From Podarcis erhardii (lineage: Eukaryota), in NCBI GenBank assembly GCA_964252035.1, contig OZ176208.1: a DNA stretch of 64,000 nt, one strand, 5' to 3'. Of this stretch, positions 37,565 to 51,688 are shown one piece after another. The translations under genes were made by a program, and so were the position numbers. The notes beneath the pieces were generated by a model, which was given only the letters and a program-made list of their open reading frames with translations, ran no database searches and was not told where the DNA came from. Each line of letters starts with the position of its first letter. Position 1 is the first letter of the stretch.

Positions 37565-38648
37565 CCGCCATGAACTTGGAACAGGTTTCAAAGTTGCAGT
37601 TTCACTTTTTTTCCAGATAACTATACTTAGAAACTTTCAATCCATATATTTTAGTTTTTAGACTTAAGGTTTTTGTTTGCGGTATTATGTGATGTTTTTA
37701 TCCTTCTGTACTGCTTTTATGCTGTGTTGTTTTCATGGTTTTAATTTTTGAACTAAACTAAACTGATTTATTTAGTTTTCTAAGTGGTTAGGCCACTCAG
37801 AAAACTTTTGTAATTCGGTGGCATGTAGATGTCAAAAATAAATAAATTCTGTGGAGGTTAAAATAAATAAATGAGAACATAATAGACATGTAATTTAGGG
37901 GGAAATGAAGAAATCTTTCTGACTTTAGGCACTGGACAGAAATAATGGTATTTTAATTATTTTCTGTGTTAGCTGAAGGAGGATCATATACAGTGGGTAA
38001 AGAAATTTTCATGTTCTAGTTTAAACCTACAATTAAAAGCCAATCATTGATCACCTCCCATAAGTTTTTCTTAAAATATAACAAACACATAGGAGTAAAT
38101 TTATTTTCATGAGTTGCCCCCTAATGCTACTATCCAATTCCATCCGCACTGCAACATTGGAATTTTTCAGCTAATCTGTACTGCAAAGCTAATCATATTC
38201 AATTTCCTTGCCGTGAAAACTGAAAAATAATATTTCAGGATGGAAAAAACATTTGGGATTGGCAGTAAGGAGTCAAGCAGCTTTGGAATTACTTTCTTTC
38301 TAAAACCCGATCTTAAGTACTACACCATATACTGTAGTTGCATAGCTCCAGCAGGTGGAGGGATGATGGTTCCCAGAGAGACAGAGCTCAGGAATGTAGA
38401 AAACAAGCCCAGAGCAACAAAATAAAGAAGGGGGGGAGACCTTGAATAGATGAGTAATTGATGAACATACAAGTCATGCTCAATTAACAAAGTGTGTTGG
38501 ATACAGACCGTGTAGCCTCATCTTACTGCTTGTGATTACAAAGCTCAACATCTGGCTGTCGATGTAAATGTCGATTTTGCAGCAGATGTTTAGAAGACAA
38601 CCAAATATGTACACTTGTGAGTGTACATAACTGTCTGGAGAGAAATTT

Positions 38649-38985
38649 GAGTTACAGATAGGTAGCCGTGTTGGTCTGCCTTAGTCAAAACAAAAAAAAT
38701 TCCTTCCAGTAGCACCTTAAAGACCAACAGTATCTTTTGGAGAGAAATTGTTAGCCACTCTTCCACGCTTTGGGTCCATCCATTAAGCACTGCCATCGAA
38801 CCACGGAAGCTCTTGCACGAACCACACAAAAAAGAAAAGAACGCACTCAGCAAACATGGCTGACAGGCTGTGAGCTTTGCCAACGATCCATTTATATATA
38901 TTAAACTCATATGGTTTTACCATGGCCTGAAGAAATCAGTGGATTTTAATACATTCACCCACGATGAAGCTTGGTGAAAAGCTGG
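38649..38985. mobile_element. Penelope-like element fragment
   Basis: gtagccgtgttggtctgcc..tagtcaaaac..ttccttccagtagcaccttaaagaccaac recalled as the lizard PLE terminal sequence. Confidence 0.6.
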
Positions 38986-40837
38986 CCTCTAGACTTTTTT
39001 TTAAAAGGGGGGGAAGGGAAAAAGGAAAGGTGGGACAAGCTAGCTTTAAATGTGACACTGATCACAGCAAAGTGTCTATTCTTTTGAGAAGTTCACATGA
39101 CCACTCTCTTGCTTAAGGTGTGCTTACTGCTAATGTTAGTGAGCAGAGCTATCCGTCACCCAGGTGCTCTCATTCCTGGTTAACACTGTGTATATCAGCC
39201 AAGCAATGCATTGCATATACTGCATCTAAATGAGATGGTGGCTGCATGGACTGCTTTACACGTCTTTACTTTTTGCCCAGTGCTTTTTTTTCATGGGGAT
39301 ACTCTAGAAGAAAAGCACTGGTTTTGCCTATTTTGAACGTCACTTCTAAACTGAGCCTGTAAGCCTGGATTTCAAGTGAGATGGCAATCTGCTTTGGTAT
39401 CAGAACAAGGGTCATGGTTTGGCCGAACACTTTGGTTTGCCTGCTTGAAAACGAAAGCTCGGTTTTATTCCCTATCCATATCTTGCTGTCAGTTGCTTGT
39501 GACAGCTATTTTTTTTTAATGAAGTATAGACTTGTACACTAAGAATTGGACTGAGACCACAAAGGTTGTTAAATCCAGATGATCATGGCTTCCAGCCATT
39601 ACAAATATGAGATGCATTTCAATCTGTGGCCTGCAGGCAAAGGGGATCTGTATCACATTATCAACCCCCTCGAGCCATCCAGTCCCCTCGCTTGGCTCCA
39701 TCTTGTTGAAACTCCCTACCCTGTGGCATTCATGCAGCTGCTGCTGCGTTCTTGTTTTCAAGCCGAAATGAATTTTTGCCTCTTTTCTAATTACTCGTAA
39801 AGCTTTGTTGTCAGCTGATATTCCTTTACATTTTATTGGTGAGACATGATGATACAATATTAATGCCAAGTGACAGAATGATAGATTCTCGCAAAGGCCT
39901 AGTGGAAACTGACAGATGAACTGGGCATTTCCCGCCCGCCCCTTCTGTTTAGTTTAGAAATATGTTGAGCTAAAAAACAAGGATTATAAATGAACTTGGG
40001 GACATTTACATCTGCTTCTAAACTGTGTGTGCAGAGTTAAAAAAAAAGTTCAGACCAAAACCTCAGATTTATTTTTTTATAAAGTCATAGTCTTATAGGG
40101 ATCTTTGGATCTATATCTAAATGTTGTGGCTTGGGCAACCTGGCTTGGTTTCAATGGGAAACTAAAGAAACCTGAGAAATCTGTGCAAATCGTTTATTAA
40201 ATTCCTGGTGGTGCTGTTGAAAGGACAAGGCTATAAATACTAACTCAGGGCAGCATTAAAGACCATCTATCATTTGGGGGTTAAACTATTAAACCACCTT
40301 CAAATATGCTGTAGGAGAAAATTAGCAGGCAGAGGCTTGCCTTTCTTGTGTTCCCTAAAACTTTTGTTCTTTCCACCCTCCCTAATCTTTTCCTGCCAGA
40401 AGACAGCTTGATTTTGAAGCAAGCCACTTACTATATCTCAGCCCTAAGTGCACACTGTTATATAGACTTTTGCCTAGCACTGTCTTATTATTAAACCAGG
40501 TGCACACAGGCCTGCCAAATGAAAGACAATTGCAAACATCCTAATGGGGGAATATAAGTAGAACCATTTGTGTAACCTTGACATGGATCCCTATGCCGTA
40601 GCTTTGAAAGCTTGTGCATTGCAGGTATGCAATATGTAGGTATGCAGGCAACCACAACACATTTGTACAATTTTCTGCTGCTTTCCACTGTTCTCTGGAC
40701 TTTGGAATGTTGCTCTGCCTTTTATTCCAGGCTAAGTTGGTTTTATCCCAGTTATATGTCAGCATTCCCCATTATTTTAAGCATAGCTGGACACACAGAA
40801 AGAGACACAAATATATGGCCATGCACAAATATACATA

Positions 40838-41067
40838 CAGTGGTACCTCGTTTTACGAACTTAATCCGTTCCAGAAATCTGTTTTTAAACCTAAACCGAG
40901 GCATGCTTTCCCTAATGAGGCCTCCCGCCACTGGTGCCCTTCCACCATTCGGCTTCCGTTCATAAACAGAGGTAAAGTTCGCAAACCAGAACACTACTTC
41001 CTGCTTTGTGGAGTTCGTAAACCGAATAGTTCGTAAACAGGACTGTTCATACACCGAGGTACCACTG
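40838..41067. mobile_element. Tigger-type MITE, family B
   Basis: CAGTGGTACCTCG / CGAGGTACCACTG TIRs, TA flanks. Confidence 0.92.
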
Positions 41068-41719
41068 TATACATTTCTATGTTCTATCTAGATGTTATTA
41101 TTTAATTTTGTCTCTTTCGGTCCACCTAGTTATCTTTAACATAGGGAAAACTGAACTCAATGGGAGGAAGGGTGGGATAAAAAGTTTATGTGGTTTTTTT
41201 AAAAAGAGTAATTTTCACTAAACATGAAATAAACTGTTGATATGGCATCCAACAGGTAAAATGTAATGTGTTCAGAAATGGTATTTAGGGACCTTTTTTG
41301 CTACCCCTCTGGGTGTGTGCTATATATTCCCTTCCACATATTTTTGGATCTACCATGTATATCCATATGTCTTCCCTTGCATCTTTCCATGCAAGTTGAT
41401 GGGAATTGTACTCCAAAACTTCTGGTGGGCACCACACTGATGTAGACTGCTGAAAGGTGTATAATTTTGACTGTACTGTAGGTTTATGATTGTGATGATG
41501 CTCCCAAGTCTTTCACCACCAACAGCCCAAGAAATCCCACCACACCTTCTACTGGCTGCAAGTCTCAGCCCTCGCTCACAGTGTCAAAATGCCCAGTTGA
41601 TACAACCTTATTATGCTCATGTCCATGGGTATATAGAACTTTACTGTGTATCAGCAAATTACACATATATCTTGATGGATGTAAATCCGTTTAAGATATA
41701 TGTGTACAGATGGAAATTA

Positions 41720-41912
41720 GAATACCCAGTTTCCCTTGTGCCACAGGATCTCAAGGTGGCATAAACTTGTTTCTTCTACCCATTTCTTCCTCACAACAAC
41801 CATGAAAGGTAGGCTATACTGAGAGATAGCAATTGACTGAAGTGAAAACTTCATGGCTGAAAGATGACCTCCCAGGTCCTGGTCTAACCATTACACCACA
41901 ACACTGGCTCTC
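41720..41912 (-). mobile_element. Old tRNA-derived SINE
   Basis: cctcacaacaacc..gtaggct..aaccattacaccacaacactggctctc is the reverse complement of a Squam3-type head. Confidence 0.65.
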
Positions 41913-42697
41913 ATTTTATGTTTTACTTGTTAGATGTTGCATCAAATATCTAAAACACTAGTTGAAGCACACACAAAAGAAAACGACCCAGCATTTTGGT
42001 TTACGCTACCCAGGCTTTAAAAATAGTACTTGCATTTCTTCACCTATCACTTAATGAGTAACTAAAATGTTAAGTTTTCCTTGACTTCACCTCATTCATC
42101 TAAATCTTCCAGCCGGTCATTTACAGTCTGCCAAAGGGCTGGCACCTCATATGTTGTCACTTAATGATGGCATACTACACTGGACTTTCTAGCACCAAAC
42201 GAAACCAAGCAGACAGCTTGCTGGAGCTGACATCAAAATGCTCATGACAGGAGAAACAGGAAAAAAAATGACAACTGAAACATCTTGCAGAACCCAGAAA
42301 GAAAATCGAATGAAGCACAGAGGAAAGAAAGTGGGCCAGGATGTTTGGAACATCAGATAAACAGTAACTGACAGGTCATTTTAAATCAAGAGAAAGGGGG
42401 AGGAGGACTGGAGCACTAAAGTGGAAATAGGCAATTATCTTTCTGAGTGAACTAGACGGTTCAAAGTGAGTCACTGCAAGTTGAAGGGAATGCAAACAAC
42501 AGCATGGCGAGAAGGTGAAGAAACCTGAAGAGCTAGGAGTGAATCCATATTACTGAAGCAGAAATAAAAATGTGTTTAAAATATATGGACGGGTAGGGAA
42601 ACAACAGCATTGGGGGTGCACAGAACAGCCAAGTGCATCCTGGAAGTTTTGTTTCACATTAGGTTTCACAATGTATTTCGCATTCTAAACATAGACT

Positions 42698-42830
42698 ACT
42701 TTCACACCACACACATTCAAAGCACTATGATACCACTTTAAATAGTCATGGCTTCCCCCAAAGAATCCTGGGAGCAGTTTCTTAAGCATGTGAAGACCCT
42801 TATTCCCCTCACAGAATCCTCACACCCTTG
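42698..42830. mobile_element. Left half of the palindromic MITE family seen at 10610
   Basis: cattcaaagcactatgataccactttaaatagtcatggcttcccccaaagaatcctggga. Confidence 0.7.
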
Positions 42831-42949
42831 TAACAACTCTTCTACTTTTCTGAAAGACTCCTATGAAATTCCTGAATGAGGCCCCTCTAAAATTACTAAG
42901 AGGAAAGCCATACACAAAATTAAAATATTTATTTGTGGCACTCTTCTCT

Positions 42950-43140
42950 TTTCCCAAATAATTCAAGGTGGTGTACATGGTTCTCTCTCTGTCATGTAAA
43001 CACCATTTTATCCTTGCAATAACACTGCGAGATAGGTTAGCCTAATAAATAGTAACTGGCCTGTGGGCACTCAATAAGTTCTATAGCTAAGTTGATGTTT
43101 TGTGAACCTAGTCCTTGTCTAATACTTTTAAGCACTAACC
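42950..43140 (-). mobile_element. Old tRNA-derived SINE remnant
   Basis: Co-linear with the 60505-60730 copy. Confidence 0.55.
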
Positions 43141-44004
43141 CAAACAAATACATGTTAATATGCAAATACATGCAAACTCTGGTTTTTGTCTAACACCCTA
43201 ACATGCATCATTATCCCTAGTTTAGCCAAAATGTTACTGTTATTATTTTGCAGTAGTTGATTCTTGTACTTCACTCAAGCCTAGCACCGATCTGTTTCAT
43301 ATGTTCTCAGTCAATGCCACGAACAGATACTGGTGACAAAGATTTAGCTTTGTTTGGACAGCTTTTGTGCAAGTGCAAACATTCAGAGCATGAAATCTAA
43401 TGAGATTGGCAGGCCTTGCAAAATTAAAGGCAGATGGCAGGGCTTCAAACAATCACAGTGCAAATCCTTCGCCATGTACCATGATACATAAGACATGTCT
43501 CCACCTTCCGCTGCTGTCACTTCAATTGCAGGAAGTGGGAGGAGGGGACATGAGGTCATTTGTGCCTTGTAACACAGGGATTCTGCAAAACAGGAATTAA
43601 GCAGGAAGACCCTGTGCCAATTTTGTTGTGGGGGGTGGAGGTTCAAGTAGCTCTTGACTGTAGCTCAAGATTTTCCGTTGATGTGATCCTGCTACAGGGG
43701 CTTAAGTATGTTGAAACTGGGTCCTTCCGGACAGATGGCAACAATATGATTGCACCAGCCAGCTATCACATTTGGTTGCCATCTGGTTCCACCAGCTCGT
43801 GTATTCCCTCAAGCAGAAATAGATCAACCCAAAGCCATAGCCAATCCATCATGAGAAACACCTGTACATAAGTATGCTTAAATAAACTTAAAATCTGAAA
43901 GCATTTTAGGCTTAATTCAGGATTAGGCCCCAACAGACTTCCTAATGGGCCGGGCAGGGACTGCTGTGTTATCATATTAGCTGCATATTATGAACCTAAG
44001 TTGC

Positions 44005-44040
<36 letters not shown>
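44005..44040. repeat. (TTA)12 microsatellite
   Basis: Direct reading. Confidence 0.95.
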
Positions 44041-44041
<1 letters not shown>

Positions 44042-44080
44042 ACATATGGGAAGGAGAAATTCCCTTCCTACTTTCAAAGG

Positions 44081-44217
44081 CAGGGATTTTTTCCCCAGTG
44101 GAACTCATTGGAACTCAGTTCCAACACCTCTCAGGTGTGTACAACTTCTATTTTAAGAAAACAAGGGAGTCATTCATGGTGAGTTCTGGCACCTCTTTTT
44201 CTAGCAAAATAGCACTT
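44081..44217. mobile_element. hAT-like MITE
   Basis: cagggatttttt start, internal ggaactca/gagttc repeats, ...aaaatagcact end. Confidence 0.55.
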
Positions 44218-45209
44218 GGTAGGAGGGCAAACTTTTCATGGGTGCTGACATAAATTTTCACAAGCACTATTGCACCATTTCACAGATACCACATAGTGAG
44301 CAGGTCTAGGTGACTGAGGGTCACAATTTGCATTTAAAGATGGCCCTGGATTTCTGTGTGATCATACTTCCATTGTATTTTCTTCCCTATGTCCTCTTGA
44401 AAAAGGCCAGGTAATTACTACCAGCAGGTTGTCATAGATCTCAGAAAGATCAGATATAATGGTATCCAAGGCTACCTAATATTTACACACAGCCATGTCT
44501 GTTGAGAAACATGATTTAGCAAGAGTGCATCTGCTTCAGCACCCATGATCTAGATAACATACATTCAGCGAAGGTCTCTTGTATAATAGGACTGATTATG
44601 TACACCCAGTGGACTTGCATTAAATGTGCTTTACAGCTCAGGAAATGCCATACCTTAGTCCATTATGAGCCTCTCAAAAATTAAATAAGGATTTTCCACC
44701 TTTCAAGGCATTTGAGACAATCTGATTATAAATCAAGCAACCTACTGTCATAAATAGGCCTTTGATAGAAATATTTCAGTATGTGCAGTGCATACTTTGT
44801 TATAACAAGCAATTTACACACTCAGAAAGGCTATTATACAAGGGATTAGGATGATAATTAAGTACCTGAGACTATTAAACCTTGTCCTTAACACAGTCTA
44901 AAGAGCAGGGCACTTTATGTGAAATGTATACCTAGAATATAATGGGGCTCATTGTTGGTAAGTGCCAAGAGATAGCAGTTTTAATTCACCGATATAATCT
45001 TACAGCAGCAAACTCTGTTATGAGAGAAGATGTGTACATGAAATTAGAGGGATTTGAAGAACAAAAAGTATTAGTTTAATGAAAGACACTAATTAAAACA
45101 AACCATCATAGCAAGCTGAAGGCACTTTTATACCCTCAGCCTTAAAAGCAGAGAGTGTACTTTGCTTTAGGTAGAAAGAACTGAGGGTGCAAGTCAGCAC
45201 TCATTAGTG

Positions 45210-45770
45210 CATACTTTCCAACATTTCTCTGATGAAAATAGGGACGTCCCATTCCATAATAATTTTACATAATATCCCACCCATCTTACTGGGTTGCCCC
45301 AGCCACTCTGGGCATCTTCCAACATACAGTAGTACCTCGGGTTAAGAACTTAATTCATTCCGGAGGTCCGTTCTTAACCTGAAACTGTTCTTAACCTGAA
45401 GCACCACTTTAGCTAATGGGGCCTCCCACTGCCGCTGTGCCGCCACCGTGCAATTTCTGTTCCCATCCTAAAGCAAAGTTCTTAACCCAAGGTAATATTT
45501 CTGGGTTAGCGGAGTCTGTAACCTGAAGCATATGTAACCTGAGGTAACACTGTATATAAAAAGGTAATTAAACATTTAAGAAAACCTTCCCTATACAGGA
45601 TTGCCTTCAGATGGCTCGGAAGTCGGATCACTCCATATCCTCCAACATTTCTCTAATGAAAACAGGGACGTCCTAAGGAAAAGTGGGACATTCTGGGATC
45701 AAATCAGAAACCAGGATGGCTTCTCTAAATCAGGGACATCCCTGGGAAATAGGGACACTTGGAGAGTCTG
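45210..45770. mobile_element. Second copy of the composite hAT-like element, with a nested Tigger MITE
   Basis: Co-linear with 12201-12502; exact 6-bp TSD TTAGTG (45204-09, 45771-76). Confidence 0.85.
45327..45552. mobile_element. Tigger-type MITE, family A
   Basis: CAGTAGTACCTC / GAGGTAACACTG, TA duplication; empty site ccaacaTAtata visible in the 12201 copy. Confidence 0.93.
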
Positions 45771-48106
45771 TTAGTGACTTTCTGAACAATATGTAGGCCT
45801 ATTAAATTCAGAACTAAAGCTACAGAAGCTTTCTACCAGGTTGGTGAAGAGATAATTGTAGCAGAGGCAACATTGCAAAGGTTTAACATATTTGGTTTAA
45901 CAGAAAAACAAAGTCATATACTGTCTAGAAGCAATGACTCCTGGCAAGTCTGCAAGTTAGTGACACAAATGGTGGTACCATCAGGCCAGGACTTTGGGAT
46001 AGATGTCCAATACAATGAGCAGGAAGGCCCCCAACACAGCAAAGCAGACTTAACACATCGAGGTACAATCTAAAGACGGGGGTATCCCATAGGACCATTA
46101 AGTCCCAAGTCAAAGGGTGTTTTTGAATTACATAGCTGCAACCACTGACCTCAAGTGAGAGTCTAGACTACAGGCAGGAGTCAAATGAAGAAATAGCTTC
46201 AACCTCATCAGCCATGTGGATAGTTCTAGACATGGTTAACATTGTCATCCAAACATTCATCCAGTCAATTCAGTAGATGTGTATTGCAATGAAGATAGAG
46301 ATCTGTACATCTGTGTAGACAAAGTACACAGAAAGCTACTTTCATTCATCAATCTCTCTTGTGGGATCAGGGCAACAGAGTTGGAGGGAGGAAGGAAGCC
46401 TTGATGTTTGACTAATCTTTTTTAATAGGGTTAACTTCCTTTCCATATTTAAATTTAAAGATAGGGGGCAGTTCATGTCTCTCTTTGTCACCACGTCAAA
46501 GCAAAACTGCATTCTTTTATGATCTGGTGTATGTCTCTACTCTGTTCCCTTTTATCCTGAATATCATGTGACATTAGGGTTTCCACCACTTAGTCATCAT
46601 TCTTATGGGCTGTTCATTTTCAGGAGCTGTGTGAATAAATCCTTTTAAACTTGCTTTGTATATTTGTTTGCTTCATTTACCAAAATTCAAAATTCTTGTA
46701 CTATTTGATAGCAGTTAAACTTATAAGCAGTTTACATTAAATATGAAAATTGTCAATAAGAAACAGTTAACAATTTAAAACTTAAAAAAACAATTAAAAT
46801 TAACAGTAAAACATACTAAAACCCATCAAGATATACATGTAGTTCATGTAGATGTTGATGTCCTTTGATGAGGTCATGGTCTTTGGCTAGTATATCAAAA
46901 GTTTATGATGATGTTTTTCATTCTTTTTATTAACGCAGAATTTTACACAAACAGACCTCAGTCTACCTTCAGTTTTAGAAATATGTGCTTAACAAGGGAG
47001 AGGAAGGATTTGAGAGGAAGAATAAAGCCCCAGTAAGTATGTTTTCAAACATGGGAACATTAATAGTGGATTGTTTTGAACAAATATAATGTGCAGTGTT
47101 GATACTTTATCATGTCTGAACTGAAAAAACAGATATTGTGGTTTAGGATAGTAAGGGTCTGGAGCAGCTACGTAATCTGTTTTCCAATTCCACAATAATT
47201 AACTGAAATAATTGAAATAATGATACTATATATGCATAATGACATCATGGCCACAATAAGCCTCTTGGCATCCTCAATGTTTTTATCCGTTCATATGGTG
47301 AGCAGCTGGACTGCCCATAAGTTGTCCAATGGCAAAGTAGCAAGCAATCCTGGGTCACCTGAGAGCACCAGTTCCCCTTGGTTTCGCTCGCATACCTTCA
47401 ACTTGTCTCTCAGGTATACATCTTGTCTGTAACAACTAACTGTCAGGAGTTGGCAAGCCAGAACAAGGTCTGTTTGCAGGACCAGTCACCACCCTCTATT
47501 GAAAGGTAAGTATCCTGGCCTTCAGCTAAGGTGCTGTTGGATGTGGGGGGAAATTAAGTCCTCTGTATCCCAATGTATCAGGACAACCCCTTTCACTTAG
47601 TGGCAGCCTTCAGTTTTTTCAAGACCTTCCAATTAACACTGAAAATCCAGAGTCAGGTGTCTTTCTATTTATAAAATCACAAATAATTGCCTTCCCCTTT
47701 TGTTCACCTAGAAATCCCCCTTTAAGCAGCACCCAGGAATTTATTTTCCTCTCTCTAGAGGTGTGCAATTCCACTTCCTTCAAATTGTTAAGAGGGTTCC
47801 GGCTGGTCTCTACTCTGCCCAGAATACTCTCTTCCTCCTCTCATGTGGAGAATGAGAAAAGAGAACCCTGGACTGAGGAAAATAGCATTTTTTTCACTGC
47901 AAGCAAGTTAGTGTGTACACATTCTCATTCTCTCCCTTGTCAGCTTCTAATGCTCTCCCATCCCACTCCCCAAAATACTGAAGCTGATTGTGGTATCATA
48001 GCTCCCTTCCCTTTCCTCTGAGGTAAATTCAGCAACTCATTCTGCAATTTGCCTTTTTCTTTTTGCTTTATCAATAAAAACCCAATTTTCTGGGTAAGCT
48101 CTGGCC

Positions 48107-48246
48107 TTAGAATCAGATGGTCATGGAGTCAGAAGCGACTTCAAGGATTATCTAGTCCAACACCCCACAATGCAAGAATCTTTTTGCCCAATGTGAGATT
48201 CAAACTCACAACCCTGAGAGTCTCATGCTGTACCAACTGAGCTATC
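48107..48246 (-). mobile_element. tRNA-head/CR1-tail SINE (Squam2-like)
   Basis: Minus strand gatagctcagttggtacagc (tRNA head) joined to a CR1-like ttggactagat...gattctaa tail. Confidence 0.75.
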
Positions 48247-48547
48247 TGTCGTGATGGACTAAGCATTTTAAAGGTAAGGTTTGGTGCTTTCTTCTTCTGT
48301 TTTGAATCCTTCCTTTTTTCAGGGCTGATTCTAATTTCTCTTTCGGGGCTTGGGCTCCCTTCCAACTCTGTGATTGGGTGAAAGGGTGTCAATCTATCAG
48401 CTCCACCCAGAACATAAGCCAGGAAGTACATGGTGGAGTTTGCACCCAAGCTAGGAAAATCCGCTTCTAACTAGTGGGTCCACAGAAGTGAGATTATGAC
48501 AAGTGTGTGGAGATGTGTGGTTAGTGACGATGGAAAAGCAGGAGGTA

Positions 48548-49397
48548 CACCCTTGTGCAAATTAATTGAAACAAAGCATGTTTTCTATCTTACTTGTAAT
48601 CCTGTACTCAAAACAAACACGAAAAGTCAGTTGATCATTATGGTGTCGGAAGCCTGCAGCCAATAGAAGGAATGATGCGCTCGCCACAATATATTGAGGT
48701 TCTACGGAAGAGAATTATTCCAGAGGTGGAAAAGAGGTATCCTGACAGTACCGTGATATTGCAGCAGGACCTAGCCGCCTGTCACACATCAAAAGTGGTG
48801 AAGAAATTCATGGCAAAGCTGCAAAGACAGGTACTTGATTGGCCAGGGAATTCCCCGGATGTAAATCCCATTGAGAATTTGTGGGCTACAGTGGTACCTC
48901 AGGTTACATACGCTTCAGGTTACATACACTTCAGATTACAGACTCTGCTAACCCAGAAATAGTGCTTCAGGTTAAGAACTTTGCTTCAGGATGAGAACAG
49001 AAATCGTGCTTTGGCAGCGCGGCGGCAGCAGGAGGCTCCATTAGCTAAAGTGGTGCTTCAGGTTAAGAACAGTTTCAGGTTAAGTATGGACCTCCAGAAC
49101 AAATTAAGTACTTAACCTGAGGTACCACTGTGTATGCAAAAGTCGCCTCCGTGCTATAGACTGTACGACTATGGAGAAGCTCATTCAGGCGCTGATTCAT
49201 GTGTGGTACAGGAATCCAAAATCAACAGTGACTGTTAGAAACTAGTAGACTCTACGCCAAACTGTGTTCAAATGCTGCTTAAAAATAGCAGAGGTCATAT
49301 CTGTTACTAATGTACGTATATGTGAGTTTTGTACATATATATGTGAGTTTTGTACAATAAACTACATTGTTTGTTTCAATTAATTTGCACAAGGGTG
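48548..49397 (+). mobile_element. Internally deleted Tc1 transposon (DD34E C-terminal half)
   Basis: 28-bp TIRs CACCCTTGTGCAAATTAATTGAAACAAA at both ends, TA / CA flanks; QQD-(34 aa)-E with WPGNSPDVNPIENLW; N-terminal coding region absent. Confidence 0.93.
48889..49130. mobile_element. Tigger-type MITE, family A, nested in the Tc1 transposase
   Basis: CAGTGGTACCTC / GAGGTACCACTG TIRs; interrupts ...NLWA|ICKSRL. Confidence 0.93.
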
Positions 49398-51328
49398 CAC
49401 AATGGCGGAGACTTCCACTACAATACCATGAATGGCAAAGACAGCTCCTGCTCGCATTTGATTCCTGCAACTTGCTGGTGAGGAGGAAGGCAGAATCCCT
49501 GGGTGTATTGCGTTAGGATTTTAACATAATACAAAAATGTGCTCTGGACCATTCATTTGCCTGAGGAAATAAGCACAGGGAAACAGAAAACTACCACAAG
49601 ACTTGTAGAGTTTTCACAGAGCTCAAATCATATCACATACCAGTTTCTGCTAAATGTTCACATCAAGGCCTCAGCCACATGTACAATCTATGGCTTTTTG
49701 TTCCACCCTCAAAAATACCAGATACCCACACCTGACATATGAACATAATTCTAGTTTTTGAGATCCAAGATATACTGGGGGATGGAAGGGGAAGAAGTCT
49801 ATGCCAAAGAAGTGTGGGTTTGATGCGACTCCAAAGGGTTTGCACCAAATATTGAGAAGGAAAGCAAGCTAATTTTACAGAGATTTTCAGCTCTGTGGAA
49901 GCAAGAGGAAGCCTGTTGTTGAACAAAGCCCAGAATACAGCTGCAGGAGGATCACTTTTATGGGATGATAAACAGAGGAAAGTTTTTTTGCCTCTTGTCC
50001 TTGGGGACTTCTGCTTTCAGTATGCATTTCAAGAGCAATACTGTTACTGTTCCAAACTGAATTGCAAGACAGCATTTCTAGTCTTGTGGAAGATTTGAAG
50101 ATGTTTTGAAAGCATTGGCCTCTTTTTTAAAAAAAAAAACTGCTTTTATGAGGAAGACCACAATTTTGCATTTTGTGCACATGTGTGCATGTGAGTGCAT
50201 GTGCTGTAATTTAAAGGAAGTCTCACTTTCAGAGAAAAACCACGAGTGGTGTGAATAATATGGTTATGGCTTCCTCCCGTTTGGCAGGGCAACAGGAGTT
50301 CAGCAGAAGCCAGCCGCTGTGGTTTGACTCTCTCCCTGATAATGACAGACCTTCCCTCCACCTCAGGAAAACGCAACACTCTAAAAACAAGGAGGAAGAA
50401 AAGGAGAGCCATTTCCTTGCCAACACCGGTAGCCGGGAGGCCTGGAATGATGCCATAAGATACCCTGCTATTTATTGCCCATTTCCACACCATAGGAAGC
50501 AAGGGAAATGCTTGCCAAAAATAAGAAAAGAAACCCTCCCTGATTCCTGTTTGACTTAACATTTGACAGGACAAAGTCAAGGATAATTCTAGCTCTCTCT
50601 GTTTGGAAGTTTCATGCTTTCCTTTCCTTTGCTCCTTAGAAGCAAATGGTATTTTAGGGTATCAGTGCTTTCAAATGAGAAGGTGATCAGTTCGTATTTG
50701 GATTTTACTTGTATTCCTTTTGTATTTTGCTCACATCTTTCTCTTCCAAAAATATGTAAAGCACTACATCAATATTAACAATTAAATATGATCTCAATTA
50801 CTTCTGCATACAAGTCCATGCAGTTGCACAGCTTCTGTGACTATATAGATTCTCCCAGGTTCCTACAAGAAACCACTTGCACTGTTCATTGTACATGGCT
50901 GACGGCCAACTACAACAAAATTGGATGGAATCTCTGCCACAATAAAAGGTCTATTTAATGAACACAAATTTATCCCCTCTCTCCGCAGTTCCACCCTGGA
51001 TAAGTTAGAGCAGGGGTCCCCAAACTTTTTGAATCTGAAAGCGCATTGGGAAATCTAAGAAACAGTAATGAGCACCACAAAACACCCATTTCACAAAAGA
51101 AAAAACCGGTGATGCTCACAAGCCCCCACCAAACAACAGGCAGAATAACAACACTAAAAAAAACCAAATAAAGCACACACAAAATATCAGGCAACCCCAA
51201 CACTACCACCAAGCACTATCATGAGGTTGATTGTAGTCTCACTAACAGCCATATTCTGATTGCATCCTGACACATTACATTCTGACACTATCACTTAGTA
51301 GTAGCTTCTAGGTAAGGCAAGGCTTTTA

Positions 51329-51688
51329 GGTAAGGTCAAAGGTAAAGGATCCCTGGATGGTTAAGTCTAGTCAAAGGCAACTATGGGGTTGTGGCATACA
51401 TCTTGCTTTCAGGCAGACAGAGCCGACATTTGTCCACAGACAGCTTTCTGGGTCATGTGACCAGCATGACTAAACCGCTTCTGGTGCAATGGAGCACCGT
51501 GACGGAAACCAGAGCACATGGAAATGCCATTTACCTTCCCATTGCAGCAGTACCTATTTATCTACTTGCACTGGCATGCTTTTCAACTGCTAGGTTGGCA
51601 GGAGCTGGGACCGAACAATGGGAGCTCACCCCGTCACGGGGATTTGAATTGCTGACTTTCTGATCGGCAAGCCCAAGAGGCTCAGTGG
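51329..51688 (-). mobile_element. Sauria SINE (more diverged subfamily)
   Basis: Co-linear with 60020-60380, with indels. Confidence 0.88.

Noticed and set aside
47414-47505. Plus-strand exon candidate with an AAG|gtaagt donor
   Set aside because: Short pyrimidine tract, unrecognised peptide; ~30 open codons is common by chance
48107-48246. tRNA gene
   Set aside because: The tRNA-like head is fused to a CR1-type tail and occurs three times in the window, so it is a SINE
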